Positions 46,987 through 55,050 of a stretch of DNA of 64,000 nucleotides are shown piece after piece (positions within the stretch are counted from its first letter, which is position 1; the number at the start of each line of letters is the position of its first letter). The notes under the pieces are model-generated. The model saw only the letters and a list, made by a program, of their open reading frames with translations. It ran no database searches and had not been told where the DNA came from. This stretch comes from an uncultured Bacteroidales bacterium (lineage in GTDB: Bacteria; Bacteroidota; Bacteroidia; Bacteroidales; ML635J-15). Made by a program: the position numbers and the translations under genes. The DNA lies in NCBI GenBank assembly GCA_964418565.1, contig CAYQMB010000002.1, forward strand, positions 1,993 through 65,992, in the 5' to 3' direction.

Positions 46987-48369
46987 ATGGCTATGAAAAA
47001 AATGCATGAACAACTTACAGCACAGCGAAAGTTTTTTGAATCGGGCAACACACAATCCGTGGCTTTCAGAAAAAGCATGCTGCACAGCCTGCATACCTGT
47101 ATTTCTGATAACGTTGAAAAATTAAGTGAGGCTCTGGAAAAAGACCTTGGCAAATCCGCGTTTGAATCGTACACTACGGAAATTGGCTATGCCCTTGATG
47201 AGATTTCCCATCAGATCAGACATGTAAAAAAATACAGCCGAAAAAGGTTTGTACGCACCAATCAACTGATAAATTTCTGGTCGCAAAGCCGGATCATTCC
47301 GGAACCTTACGGGCAGGTGCTGATTATTTCGCCCTGGAATTATCCTGTCAATCTGACAATAGCACCACTGGCATCAGCCATTGCAGCAGGCAACGTTATC
47401 AGCCTGAAACCCTCGGAGTTTTCTTCCCACACCTCTGCACTGCTTGGCACATTATTCAGACAGTATTTTCCGGAAAACTACATCCATGTTTTTCAGGGAG
47501 AAAAAGAGGTTTCACAAGCCTTGCTGGAAAAAACATGGGATTATATCTTTTTTACCGGCAGCCCGCGTGTTGGTAAAATTGTCATGGAAAAAGCAGCCAA
47601 AAATCTTACACCTGTGACCCTTGAACTTGGCGGAAAAAGTCCTGTATATGTTGATAAAAGTGCTAATGTAAAACTTGCTGCCAAACGCATCATCTGGGGA
47701 AAACTCTTAAATGCCGGTCAAACCTGCATCGCTCCGGATCATGTTTACGCCCATACCGAAATTGCTGAAGAACTTATGGACGCCATGATTCATCACATCC
47801 GGGAGTTTTGGGGGGAAGAACCAACGGATCATCCGGATTACCCTACCATTATTAATCAGGAAAAAGCCGAACGCCTTAAGAACCTGATACGAGAATGTGA
47901 TATAAAATGGTCGGGCAAAATTGACACAGATGCCAAAAAATTCAGCCCTGTCATTGTAAAAAACTGTTCTGAATCTCACCCCCTCATGCAGGAAGAAATT
48001 TTCGGGCCGGTATTACCCGTAATTTCTGTAGAATCAGCTTCCGAGGCCACCGAAAAAATCCGTTCAAGGCCAAAACCCCTGGCTTTCTACTTATTCACCA
48101 CCAACAAAAAACAACAAGCTCAATTTGAAACCGATATCAGCAGTGGCGGCATGTGCATCAACGATACCATTATGCACATCACCAATCCACGGCTGCCTTT
48201 CGGTGGTGTTGGCAACAGTGGTATGGGAACCTATCACGGCAAGGCCGGATTTGATACCTTTACGCATTATAAATCATATCTGAAAAAATCCAATCTTACA
48301 GATCCGGCATTACGCTATCCGCCATACACAAAGCTAAAGCTAAAGCTGGCCAAACGCGTATTAAAATAA
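46987..48369 (+). CDS. NAD(P)-dependent aldehyde dehydrogenase (ALDH3-like)
   Basis: 'LELGGKSP' (catalytic Glu), 'NAGQTCIAPDHV' (catalytic Cys), 'EEIFGPVLPV' and 'FGGVGNSGMGTYHG'. Confidence 0.92.
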   Translation: MAMKKMHEQLTAQRKFFESGNTQSVAFRKSMLHSLHTCISDNVEKLSEALEKDLGKSAFESYTTEIGYALDEISHQIRHVKKYSRKRFVRTNQLINFWSQSRIIPEPYGQVLIISPWNYPVNLTIAPLASAIAAGNVISLKPSEFSSHTSALLGTLFRQYFPENYIHVFQGEKEVSQALLEKTWDYIFFTGSPRVGKIVMEKAAKNLTPVTLELGGKSPVYVDKSANVKLAAKRIIWGKLLNAGQTCIAPDHVYAHTEIAEELMDAMIHHIREFWGEEPTDHPDYPTIINQEKAERLKNLIRECDIKWSGKIDTDAKKFSPVIVKNCSESHPLMQEEIFGPVLPVISVESASEATEKIRSRPKPLAFYLFTTNKKQQAQFETDISSGGMCINDTIMHITNPRLPFGGVGNSGMGTYHGKAGFDTFTHYKSYLKKSNLTDPALRYPPYTKLKLKLAKRVLK

Positions 48370-48382
48370 CGCCAAAATAACA

Positions 48383-49114
48383 TTAATCAATAAGATGCTG
48401 CTCTTTTAGCAGTTCAAGGAACCTGTAATCCTGAGCATACCAGTTTTTCAGATTCTTTCTTGCTACAGAATCCAGGCTTTTATCCAGGCTATCCGGGTTC
48501 TTGTGGGTGTTCACATCATCATCAGGCAGGCTAATGTATTCCGGTAGGTTAAGTGTTTTTTTAAGCTGTTGGAAATCCTGATTGAGTGTTTTTTGTGTTC
48601 CCACAAAGATCACATCATTCAGGCGAGTCAAAAAATAGGTTTCGTTTTCAAACCAATCCCAATAAGAAGATTTCACATGATAAATCTCTTTCATGGCTTT
48701 TGCTGCGGCTTTGGCTCTGGGTTCATCCTGATCACACAATGCCATTGCCAGCTCATTGGGTGTATCAAACCACCTGAAAGCCTCCTCTTCTCCTTTCGTC
48801 CATTCACGGTAAATACGCGGCATGCCCTTGCGTTTACGGGAATAAAAACCACTGACAAAACGATCCACAGGATCACGCACAACGAAAAACACCTTTTCGC
48901 CTTCGGGCACATCCATCAGGGTGAAATTATGGGGATGCGCAAACAGCACATGACCCGGGTAAACCAATGGTTTGTTTTTAATGTTCAGAGCAGACTTTAT
49001 GGCAGTACCACCACTTTTACCAATGTGCAAAAAATGGACGACACTTCGGTTTTCACGGGTTGCTTTTTGCCGGTAATACCAAAGTCTGGCGGATTTTATC
49101 AGGCTTCCGATCAT
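48383..49114 (-). CDS. Sulfotransferase family protein (Sulfotransfer_2-like)
   Basis: N-terminal PAPS-loop-like 'VHFLHIGKSGGTAIKSAL' and 'VVRDPVDRFVSGFYSR'. It starts only 8 nt after the pheS stop. Confidence 0.65.
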   Translation of the reverse strand: MIGSLIKSARLWYYRQKATRENRSVVHFLHIGKSGGTAIKSALNIKNKPLVYPGHVLFAHPHNFTLMDVPEGEKVFFVVRDPVDRFVSGFYSRKRKGMPRIYREWTKGEEEAFRWFDTPNELAMALCDQDEPRAKAAAKAMKEIYHVKSSYWDWFENETYFLTRLNDVIFVGTQKTLNQDFQQLKKTLNLPEYISLPDDDVNTHKNPDSLDKSLDSVARKNLKNWYAQDYRFLELLKEQHLID

Positions 49115-49122
49115 AGACAGAT

Positions 49123-50154
49123 TTAAACCTGAGTTTTAAACTGCTCCAAAAACCGCTTATCATTTTCAAAATACAGGCGCAAATCGTTGATGCCGTATTT
49201 CAACATGGCAATACGTTCTATACCAAGACCAAAGGCAAAACCTGAGTAGATATCGGGATCAATATCGGCACTTTCCAGCACATTGGGGTCAACCATACCG
49301 CAACCGAGGATTTCGAGCCAACCGGTATATTTACACACATTGCACCCCTTGCCACCACAAAGCGAACAGGAAACATCCATTTCTGCCGATGGTTCGGTAA
49401 AGGGAAAATAGGACGGTCTCAGCCGGATTTGTGTAGTTTCACCAAAGAATTCACGGGCAAAATACAAGAGGGTTTGTTTCAGATCAGCAAAGGATACGCC
49501 TTTATCCACATACAAACCTTCAATCTGGTGAAACTGGCAGTGAGCGCGTGCCGAAATAGCCTCGTTACGAAACACCCGGCCGGGAGTAATGCTGCGGATG
49601 GGTGGCTCCATATCCTGCATTTCATGTGCCTGAGAAGATGAGGTATGGGTTCTGAGCAGTACATCCGGATTTTTTTCAATAAAAAAGGTATCCTGCATAT
49701 CCCTGGCCGGATGTTCAGGAGGGAAATTCAGCAAACCGAAATTATGCTCATCATCCTCAATTTCCGGGCCATCTGCAATGACATAACCCAGACGCTGAAA
49801 AATATCAATCATTTCACGGCGAACCAGGGCCAAAGGGTGACGTGTACCGGTTTCAGCATGATAACCCGGTCTGCTTAAATCGAGGTGCGAATAATCTTTC
49901 CCCTTATCAGCAAAGGATTTGCGCAGATTATCAATTTTTTCTGCGGCCATTTGTTTTAACTGATTGATTCGCTGGCCAAATTCCTTCTTTTGGTCTGCCG
50001 GCACATCTCTGAATTGCTTAAACAATGAAGGGATTTCCCCGTTTTTGCTAAGCATTTTCAGGCGAAATGCCTCCAGTTGCTCCTCTGTTTCCGCTTCAAA
50101 CTCTTTTACTTCGTTTTTCAGTTTTTCTATCTTCTCAAGCATAATATTCCGCAT
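49123..50154 (-). CDS. pheS: Phenylalanine--tRNA ligase alpha subunit
   Basis: Class II motifs 'HPARDMQDTFF', 'LLRTHTSSSQ', 'GRVFRNEAIS..H...FHQIEG', 'PSYFPFTEPSAEMDV' and 'GFAFGLGIERIAM'. Confidence 0.96.
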   Translation of the reverse strand: MRNIMLEKIEKLKNEVKEFEAETEEQLEAFRLKMLSKNGEIPSLFKQFRDVPADQKKEFGQRINQLKQMAAEKIDNLRKSFADKGKDYSHLDLSRPGYHAETGTRHPLALVRREMIDIFQRLGYVIADGPEIEDDEHNFGLLNFPPEHPARDMQDTFFIEKNPDVLLRTHTSSSQAHEMQDMEPPIRSITPGRVFRNEAISARAHCQFHQIEGLYVDKGVSFADLKQTLLYFAREFFGETTQIRLRPSYFPFTEPSAEMDVSCSLCGGKGCNVCKYTGWLEILGCGMVDPNVLESADIDPDIYSGFAFGLGIERIAMLKYGINDLRLYFENDKRFLEQFKTQV

Positions 50155-50201
50155 TTGAAAATGTAAAAGTACAAAATTGATCTGACTAGCCCTTAAGCTT
50201 A

Positions 50202-51107
50202 TTATTTTCCAGCTTGTTTTTTAATTTTACGCCATTCTTTTTCGCTGATGACACGGGTATCCAGGATAAGCACATCCTTCATGGGACGGTTACGAATATC
50301 GGTTTTCATATCGCTGATTTCTTCAACCACATCCATACCGAGAATGACCTCGCCAAAGACAGTATATTCACCATCCAGATGGGGACTTCCACCCACCGTT
50401 TTATACAATTCGCGTTGCTCCTGATTGAGATCAAACAACTCAACACTGTCAGCTTTCATCATAGGCCTGACCTTTTTTTTCAGATCAAGGTAAATCTCAT
50501 TAAACGCTTCCCGTTTTTGATGGCGGCGAAGTGAATCCACTTTCTCCATAAGCTCTTTGTTTTCCGGACGTTTAAGGTAACGGTTGATATACTTGCTGTA
50601 TACCTGGGTGTTGCGCCGTTTTATTAACAAATCAAGCTGTGCATCTTCCCAGACATTTCCTTCAACGATATAAAACTGTGAGCCGGATGACCGTTTTTCC
50701 GGGTTCACATTATTGGCCTCCCTTGCAGCTGCAATCGCTCCGCGTTTATGGTATATCCCATCCACGATCTCAGCTTCAATGGTATAACCCGGGCCACCAT
50801 TTCCAAGCCTTTCATCCCGACCGGCATTTTTTGATTCCGGATCCCCACCCTGTATCATAAACTCATCAATCACACGGTGAAAAAGCAAACTATCGTAAAA
50901 CGTAGAGTCTGCAAGTTTCAGAAAATTGTCCCGGTGTTTGGGGGTTTCATTGTAAAGTTTGACGTAAATATCCCCTTTATTTGTTTCGATAAGCACTTTT
51001 TTTTCAACCGGACCCTTGGGGCGAAACAAGGCACATGATGCAATCAGCAGAACAACAAAGGCAAAAGCAAATAATTTTCTCATGGTATGTTTTCTTGAAA
51101 GTTCCAA
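50202..51107 (-). CDS. Cyclophilin-type peptidyl-prolyl isomerase lipoprotein with a large internal insertion
   Basis: Lipobox 'LLIASC'. Cyclophilin core 'FHRVIDEFMIQGGDP', 'GSQFYIV' and 'LDGEYTVFGEV'. About 90 extra residues lie between the last two motifs. An alternative start is at 51083 ('MRKLFAF'). Confidence 0.88.
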   Translation of the reverse strand: MELSRKHTMRKLFAFAFVVLLIASCALFRPKGPVEKKVLIETNKGDIYVKLYNETPKHRDNFLKLADSTFYDSLLFHRVIDEFMIQGGDPESKNAGRDERLGNGGPGYTIEAEIVDGIYHKRGAIAAAREANNVNPEKRSSGSQFYIVEGNVWEDAQLDLLIKRRNTQVYSKYINRYLKRPENKELMEKVDSLRRHQKREAFNEIYLDLKKKVRPMMKADSVELFDLNQEQRELYKTVGGSPHLDGEYTVFGEVILGMDVVEEISDMKTDIRNRPMKDVLILDTRVISEKEWRKIKKQAGK

Positions 51108-51132
51108 AAAGATTTTTTAATATTGTAAGTCA

Positions 51133-51140
51133 CAAAAGTA
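51133..51140 (-). promoter_or_regulatory. Bacteroidota-type -7 promoter box (TACTTTTG on the minus strand)
   Basis: The reverse complement of CAAAAGTA reads TACTTTTG, 25 nt upstream of ATG 51107. Confidence 0.4.
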
Positions 51141-51156
51141 ACCAATTTACCCGATC

Positions 51157-51561
51157 ATGAAACGAAAATTTCTGAAGATTCTGCCTGTTCTGGTTTTAAG
51201 CGCAACCATAAGCATCGTTTTTAGTTGCAAAGAACCCGAACCACCCAAAGCTAAAATTACTGTTCTTGACCAGGACGGGCAACTGGTTGATGAAGCCATG
51301 GTGGTAATCAAAGCTCCTGACTCGGACAACTCATCAACCAGAGTATATCTCTCATCCGGGATAAAAGAGATTGCAGACACATCCTTTACAGAGGATGGTA
51401 TAGTCAGAAAGGAGTTTTTATATGAATCCATTTATCGTGTTGAAGTAACCAAAGCCGGCGACAACAACGTCCCAACACGTCGTGGTATTGGTGTCCTTAT
51501 ACTTGAAAACGATGAAACCTACGAAGAAACCATTACGATAACACCGCAAACCAGTTTCTGA
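51157..51561 (+). CDS. Small hypothetical lipoprotein (beta-sandwich-like)
   Basis: Lipobox 'IVFSC'. The ~110-aa mature part has alternating strands ('KITVLDQDGQLVDEAMVVIKA', 'YRVEVTKAG'). Confidence 0.65.
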   Translation: MKRKFLKILPVLVLSATISIVFSCKEPEPPKAKITVLDQDGQLVDEAMVVIKAPDSDNSSTRVYLSSGIKEIADTSFTEDGIVRKEFLYESIYRVEVTKAGDNNVPTRRGIGVLILENDETYEETITITPQTSF

Positions 51562-51562
51562 T

Positions 51563-52708
51563 ATGAAAGTTTTTTTCTCAGTACTGTTGTGTGTTGGCAT
51601 ATTTTCCGGCGCCTTTGCACAAACTGTATTCACATCCACAGACTATCCTGAAACCGGAAGCATTTTTCCTAAAATCACATATCTGAACAACCCCGGAGAT
51701 TCACCCGCCTTTGTTCAGGATTATTACATTGAAGGCAGCTGGGAGTTTCATACTGTTGACAGCTTCTCTCAATACCTTGTTGATACTGTATATTTCAAAG
51801 AACCTCAGGCTTATGATACGGCAGGCAATTTCACAGGTGCCACGCATCTGAGGCAATATAACAATCAGGATATTTTCATTGAAAAGGATGATGCTGCCGC
51901 ATTAGCCCTGGGTTTTGGCGGAGATATGTTTGGTACCGGCATGAGCATCCCGATAGCCGGGAGCACTCCCCTTAAAATGATGGAATTTCCGACAACCACA
52001 GGCACATCCTTTAGTGATGACACCTATGGTGAGCGTGTCATGCCGGTTTCAGCACTGGAACCCATCATTCCACCAGATTATTACGATGATTTTGCATCAA
52101 GCTTTGATTCAGTCAAAATAATGCTGAGCATGGAAGTTGAGTCTGATATAGCTGATGAACCTCAGGTTAGTGTAAACCTTCCATCTGCATTCGGTGGTAA
52201 TTATACATGTCTGGAAGAACACAACCGGCTTATTACCAATATAAACGTATACGGCAGATTTATTTTAACAAGTTCATGGGTTCCACTTGGCGATTACCTC
52301 CCAATGGAACTCCCCTACATTGATACAACACACAGCATCAATCTCTGGAACCCGGCTTTTGCCACTCCTTTTGTTGAAATGGAAACAACTGCCGAACATG
52401 ATACACTGCACTCGGTGAAATTTAATCATAACGGACAATCCGGTTTTGCTCATCACCAACCGGGAACATTCGAAGTGTATCCCAATCCGGCAAAACAAAA
52501 AGTGTCCGTCAATCTGGATAATCTGGAACAAAGCGCTAAAGCCATTCATATTTCCAATGTCAGTGGAAAAATCATAAAAAAAATGGCTGTGAATTCAAAC
52601 TTTATTATATTTGCAGCTGATGATTTCACCGCAGGTTGGTATGTCATCAGTGTTCTCAATAAAAACAGCAATATTATTGCCCGACAAAAGTTGCTGATAA
52701 TGAATTGA
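51563..52708 (+). CDS. Hypothetical secreted protein with a T9SS C-terminal sorting domain
   Basis: Signal peptide 'MKVFFSVLLCVGIFSGAFAQ'. C-terminal 'FEVYPNPAKQKVSVNL...AGWYVISVLN' is the T9SS type A CTD pattern. It starts 1 nt after the upstream stop. Confidence 0.75.
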   Translation: MKVFFSVLLCVGIFSGAFAQTVFTSTDYPETGSIFPKITYLNNPGDSPAFVQDYYIEGSWEFHTVDSFSQYLVDTVYFKEPQAYDTAGNFTGATHLRQYNNQDIFIEKDDAAALALGFGGDMFGTGMSIPIAGSTPLKMMEFPTTTGTSFSDDTYGERVMPVSALEPIIPPDYYDDFASSFDSVKIMLSMEVESDIADEPQVSVNLPSAFGGNYTCLEEHNRLITNINVYGRFILTSSWVPLGDYLPMELPYIDTTHSINLWNPAFATPFVEMETTAEHDTLHSVKFNHNGQSGFAHHQPGTFEVYPNPAKQKVSVNLDNLEQSAKAIHISNVSGKIIKKMAVNSNFIIFAADDFTAGWYVISVLNKNSNIIARQKLLIMN

Positions 52709-52716
52709 TTTTTTAC

Positions 52717-52790
52717 GGGGTATTAGCTCAGTTGGCTAGAGCGTTTGACTGGCAGTCAAGAGGTCATCGGTTCGACTCCGATATACTCCA
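52717..52790 (+). tRNA. tRNA-Ala (anticodon GGC)
   Basis: I folded a 74-nt cloverleaf by hand: acceptor GGGGTAT/ATACTCC with the G3:U70 alanine identity pair, D-arm GCTC/GAGC, anticodon stem TTTGA/TCAAG with loop CTGGCAG, T-arm ATCGG-TTCGACT-CCGAT, and discriminator A. No CCA is encoded (CAC follows). Confidence 0.93.
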
Positions 52791-52824
52791 CACATCCAAA
52801 AGGGATACGTTGAAATATTTTATG

Positions 52825-52853
52825 AACAGGGAGAGGCGACTCTCCCTGTTTTG
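52825..52853 (+). terminator. Rho-independent terminator after tRNA-Ala
   Basis: AACAGGGAGA (52825-52834) / TCTCCCTGTT (52841-52850) with loop GGCGAC, followed by TTTTG. Confidence 0.75.
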
Positions 52854-52879
52854 TATAAGCACATTTATAATTTACAGCT

Positions 52880-54061
52880 ATGGACACAAAAAACAAAGGT
52901 TTTGACACCAGGCAGATTCATGCCGGGGATTTTGAAGATCAGTTTGGATCAGCAGTAGCGCCCATTTATCAAACATCCACATTTGCTTTCAAAGATGCGG
53001 ATCACGGTGCACGTCTTTTTAAAGGCGATGACTCAGGATACATCTACACACGTTTAGCAAACCCCACCATTGAAGCTCTTGAAAATAAGCTGGCTGCACT
53101 CGAAAACGGCGTTGGTGGTATCGCACTTGCCAGTGGCATGGCTGCCGTTTCAACTGTTTATACCGCTCTTTTGGAGCAGGGTGACCACATGATCAGCACC
53201 CATGCCGTATATGGTCCCAGCCGGATTTTAATGGAAACCATATTTTCCAAATTCGGCGTGGAATCCACGTATATGGATACCAGCAACCCAAAAGATGTTG
53301 AAGCCGCCATCAAGGAAAACACTAAATTGATTTTCCTGGAAACACCAGCCAACCCAACCATGGAGCTTTCCGATATCAAAGCCATATCTGATATTGCACA
53401 TAAACATGACATTCCTGTCGTAGTTGACAACACCTTTAGCAGCCCATATTTGCAGCAACCACTGGATTTGGGTGCAGACATTGCTTTGCATTCGCTTACA
53501 AAATTCATCAATGGTCATGCAGACATTGTTGGTGGGGCTTTGATAGCAAAAGATGAAGACATGCTAAAGAAACTACAGGTTACCATGCGATTCATGGGAG
53601 GAAATATGGATCCGCATCAGGCTTATATGGTATACAGAGGCGTTAAAACCCTTTCACTTCGCGTGCAAAAAGCAACCGACAACGCTAAACTTGTAGCAGA
53701 ATACCTGGATAACCACCCAAAAATCAAATGGGTAAATTATCCCGGTCTGAAATCTCACCCACAGCATGAACTGGCAAGCAAACAAATGAAAGACTTTGGT
53801 GCTATGCTGTGCTTTGAGGTAGAGGGAGGTTTCAATGCAGGTAAAACACTGATGAATAATGTGCAAATTGCCCTACTTGCCGTATCACTTGGTGGTGTGG
53901 AATCACTTATTCAGCACCCGGCTTCCATGACCCATGCTGGTGTATCAGAGGAATCACGCATGAAAGCAGGTATAACTCCCGGCCTTGTTCGTTTTTCTGT
54001 CGGCATTGAAAATGCTGAGGATATTATCGATGATCTGAAACAGGCTCTTGATAAAATTTAG
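52880..54061 (+). CDS. PLP-dependent Cys/Met-metabolism enzyme (methionine gamma-lyase / cystathionine gamma-synthase family)
   Basis: 'TRQIHAG', 'YTRLANPT', 'DNTFSSPYLQQPL' and the PLP-lysine context 'HSLTKFINGHADIVGG'. Subfamily and substrate cannot be decided from motifs alone. Confidence 0.88.
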   Translation: MDTKNKGFDTRQIHAGDFEDQFGSAVAPIYQTSTFAFKDADHGARLFKGDDSGYIYTRLANPTIEALENKLAALENGVGGIALASGMAAVSTVYTALLEQGDHMISTHAVYGPSRILMETIFSKFGVESTYMDTSNPKDVEAAIKENTKLIFLETPANPTMELSDIKAISDIAHKHDIPVVVDNTFSSPYLQQPLDLGADIALHSLTKFINGHADIVGGALIAKDEDMLKKLQVTMRFMGGNMDPHQAYMVYRGVKTLSLRVQKATDNAKLVAEYLDNHPKIKWVNYPGLKSHPQHELASKQMKDFGAMLCFEVEGGFNAGKTLMNNVQIALLAVSLGGVESLIQHPASMTHAGVSEESRMKAGITPGLVRFSVGIENAEDIIDDLKQALDKI

Positions 54062-54081
54062 TTTTTAACATAATGATTTTT

Positions 54082-54121
54082 AAAGCAACCACGTTCTGAA
54101 TCAGGCGTGGTTGCTTTTTTT
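54082..54121 (+). terminator. Rho-independent terminator
   Basis: AAAGCAACCACG (54082-54093) / CGTGGTTGCTTT (54106-54117) with a 12-nt loop, followed by a T-run. Confidence 0.8.
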
Positions 54122-54179
54122 GTCCGTACATACCAAGGAAAATTAAACGGTTTTGGGCATGTCATCTTGCTAAAAAACA

Positions 54180-54187
54180 TATCTTTG
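54180..54187 (+). promoter_or_regulatory. Bacteroidota-type -7 promoter box (TATCTTTG)
   Basis: Matches TAnnTTTG 17 nt upstream of ATG 54205. Confidence 0.45.
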
Positions 54188-54204
54188 CATATTAAATAAA
54201 ATCT

Positions 54205-55050
54205 ATGTCCAAGGGAAAAAAACTCATACGGTGGTTACGCGTTAAATTCAGCATTGTTTTACTGTCAGACCAAACGTTTGATCAGAAAAAGAAATGGAAA
54301 TTTAACCGTTATGGCTTCATCACCCTTGTCACCGGCATTATCCTGTTCATTATTGCCATGACCACCACACTTATCGTAGTAACTCCTTTAAAAGAACTTA
54401 TCCCGGGATATCCCGATAAAGAAACACGTATTGCAAGCGCTGAAAATGCAGCAAGGCTGGACAGTCTTGAGCATGAAATTGAAATCAGGGATCAGTACCT
54501 TCACAGCATGAAAGACGTTTTGCTCGGTAAAATGCCCTTCAATCCAAAACTGGAAATGTCAGAACACATCAATGACACAACACCGGTAAAATCCCTGAAT
54601 GAAGAAAACCAATCTGAAAAAGTCATGGGCATAGAAGTGGAAAACAAACCCGCCGTCGTTGTTCCCAGGACACCAGCCACGCTTGTTTTTTTCCCGCCTG
54701 CTCAGGGTGTTGTTACCAACAATTTTGATCCTGTTCGAAAGCATTTTGGTACCGACATTGTTACGCGTGATAAAGAAATCGTTCGGGCAACATTGGACGG
54801 AACAGTTGTTGCTGCCAACTGGACAATGGAAACCGGATACACCATTCAGATACAGCATAAATACAACTACATCAGCATCTACCGACATTTAAAGAATATG
54901 CTGGTAGCCACCGGCGATAATGTTGAGGCAGGCCAAAGCATAGGCACATATGGCAATACAGGAGAAATCAGCTTTGGTCCGCATTTGCATTTTGAACTCT
55001 GGAACAATGGCAAAGCCCTGAATCCTGAAAATTACATAGACTTTGAATGA
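54205..55050 (+). CDS. M23 family metallopeptidase (membrane-anchored)
   Basis: N-terminal TM segment. LytM-type motifs 'HFGTDI', 'HKYNYISIYRHL' and 'GNTGEISFGPHLHFELW'. Confidence 0.9.
   Translation: MSKGKKLIRWLRVKFSIVLLSDQTFDQKKKWKFNRYGFITLVTGIILFIIAMTTTLIVVTPLKELIPGYPDKETRIASAENAARLDSLEHEIEIRDQYLHSMKDVLLGKMPFNPKLEMSEHINDTTPVKSLNEENQSEKVMGIEVENKPAVVVPRTPATLVFFPPAQGVVTNNFDPVRKHFGTDIVTRDKEIVRATLDGTVVAANWTMETGYTIQIQHKYNYISIYRHLKNMLVATGDNVEAGQSIGTYGNTGEISFGPHLHFELWNNGKALNPENYIDFE

Noticed and set aside
48569-49126. 185-aa plus-strand ORF
   Set aside because: It is antisense to the sulfotransferase-like gene, its His/Cys/Phe-rich translation has no motif, and it is bounded by the real genes.
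52705-52905. 66-aa ORF spanning the tRNA
   Set aside because: Its sequence is the tRNA-Ala gene and its terminator read as protein.
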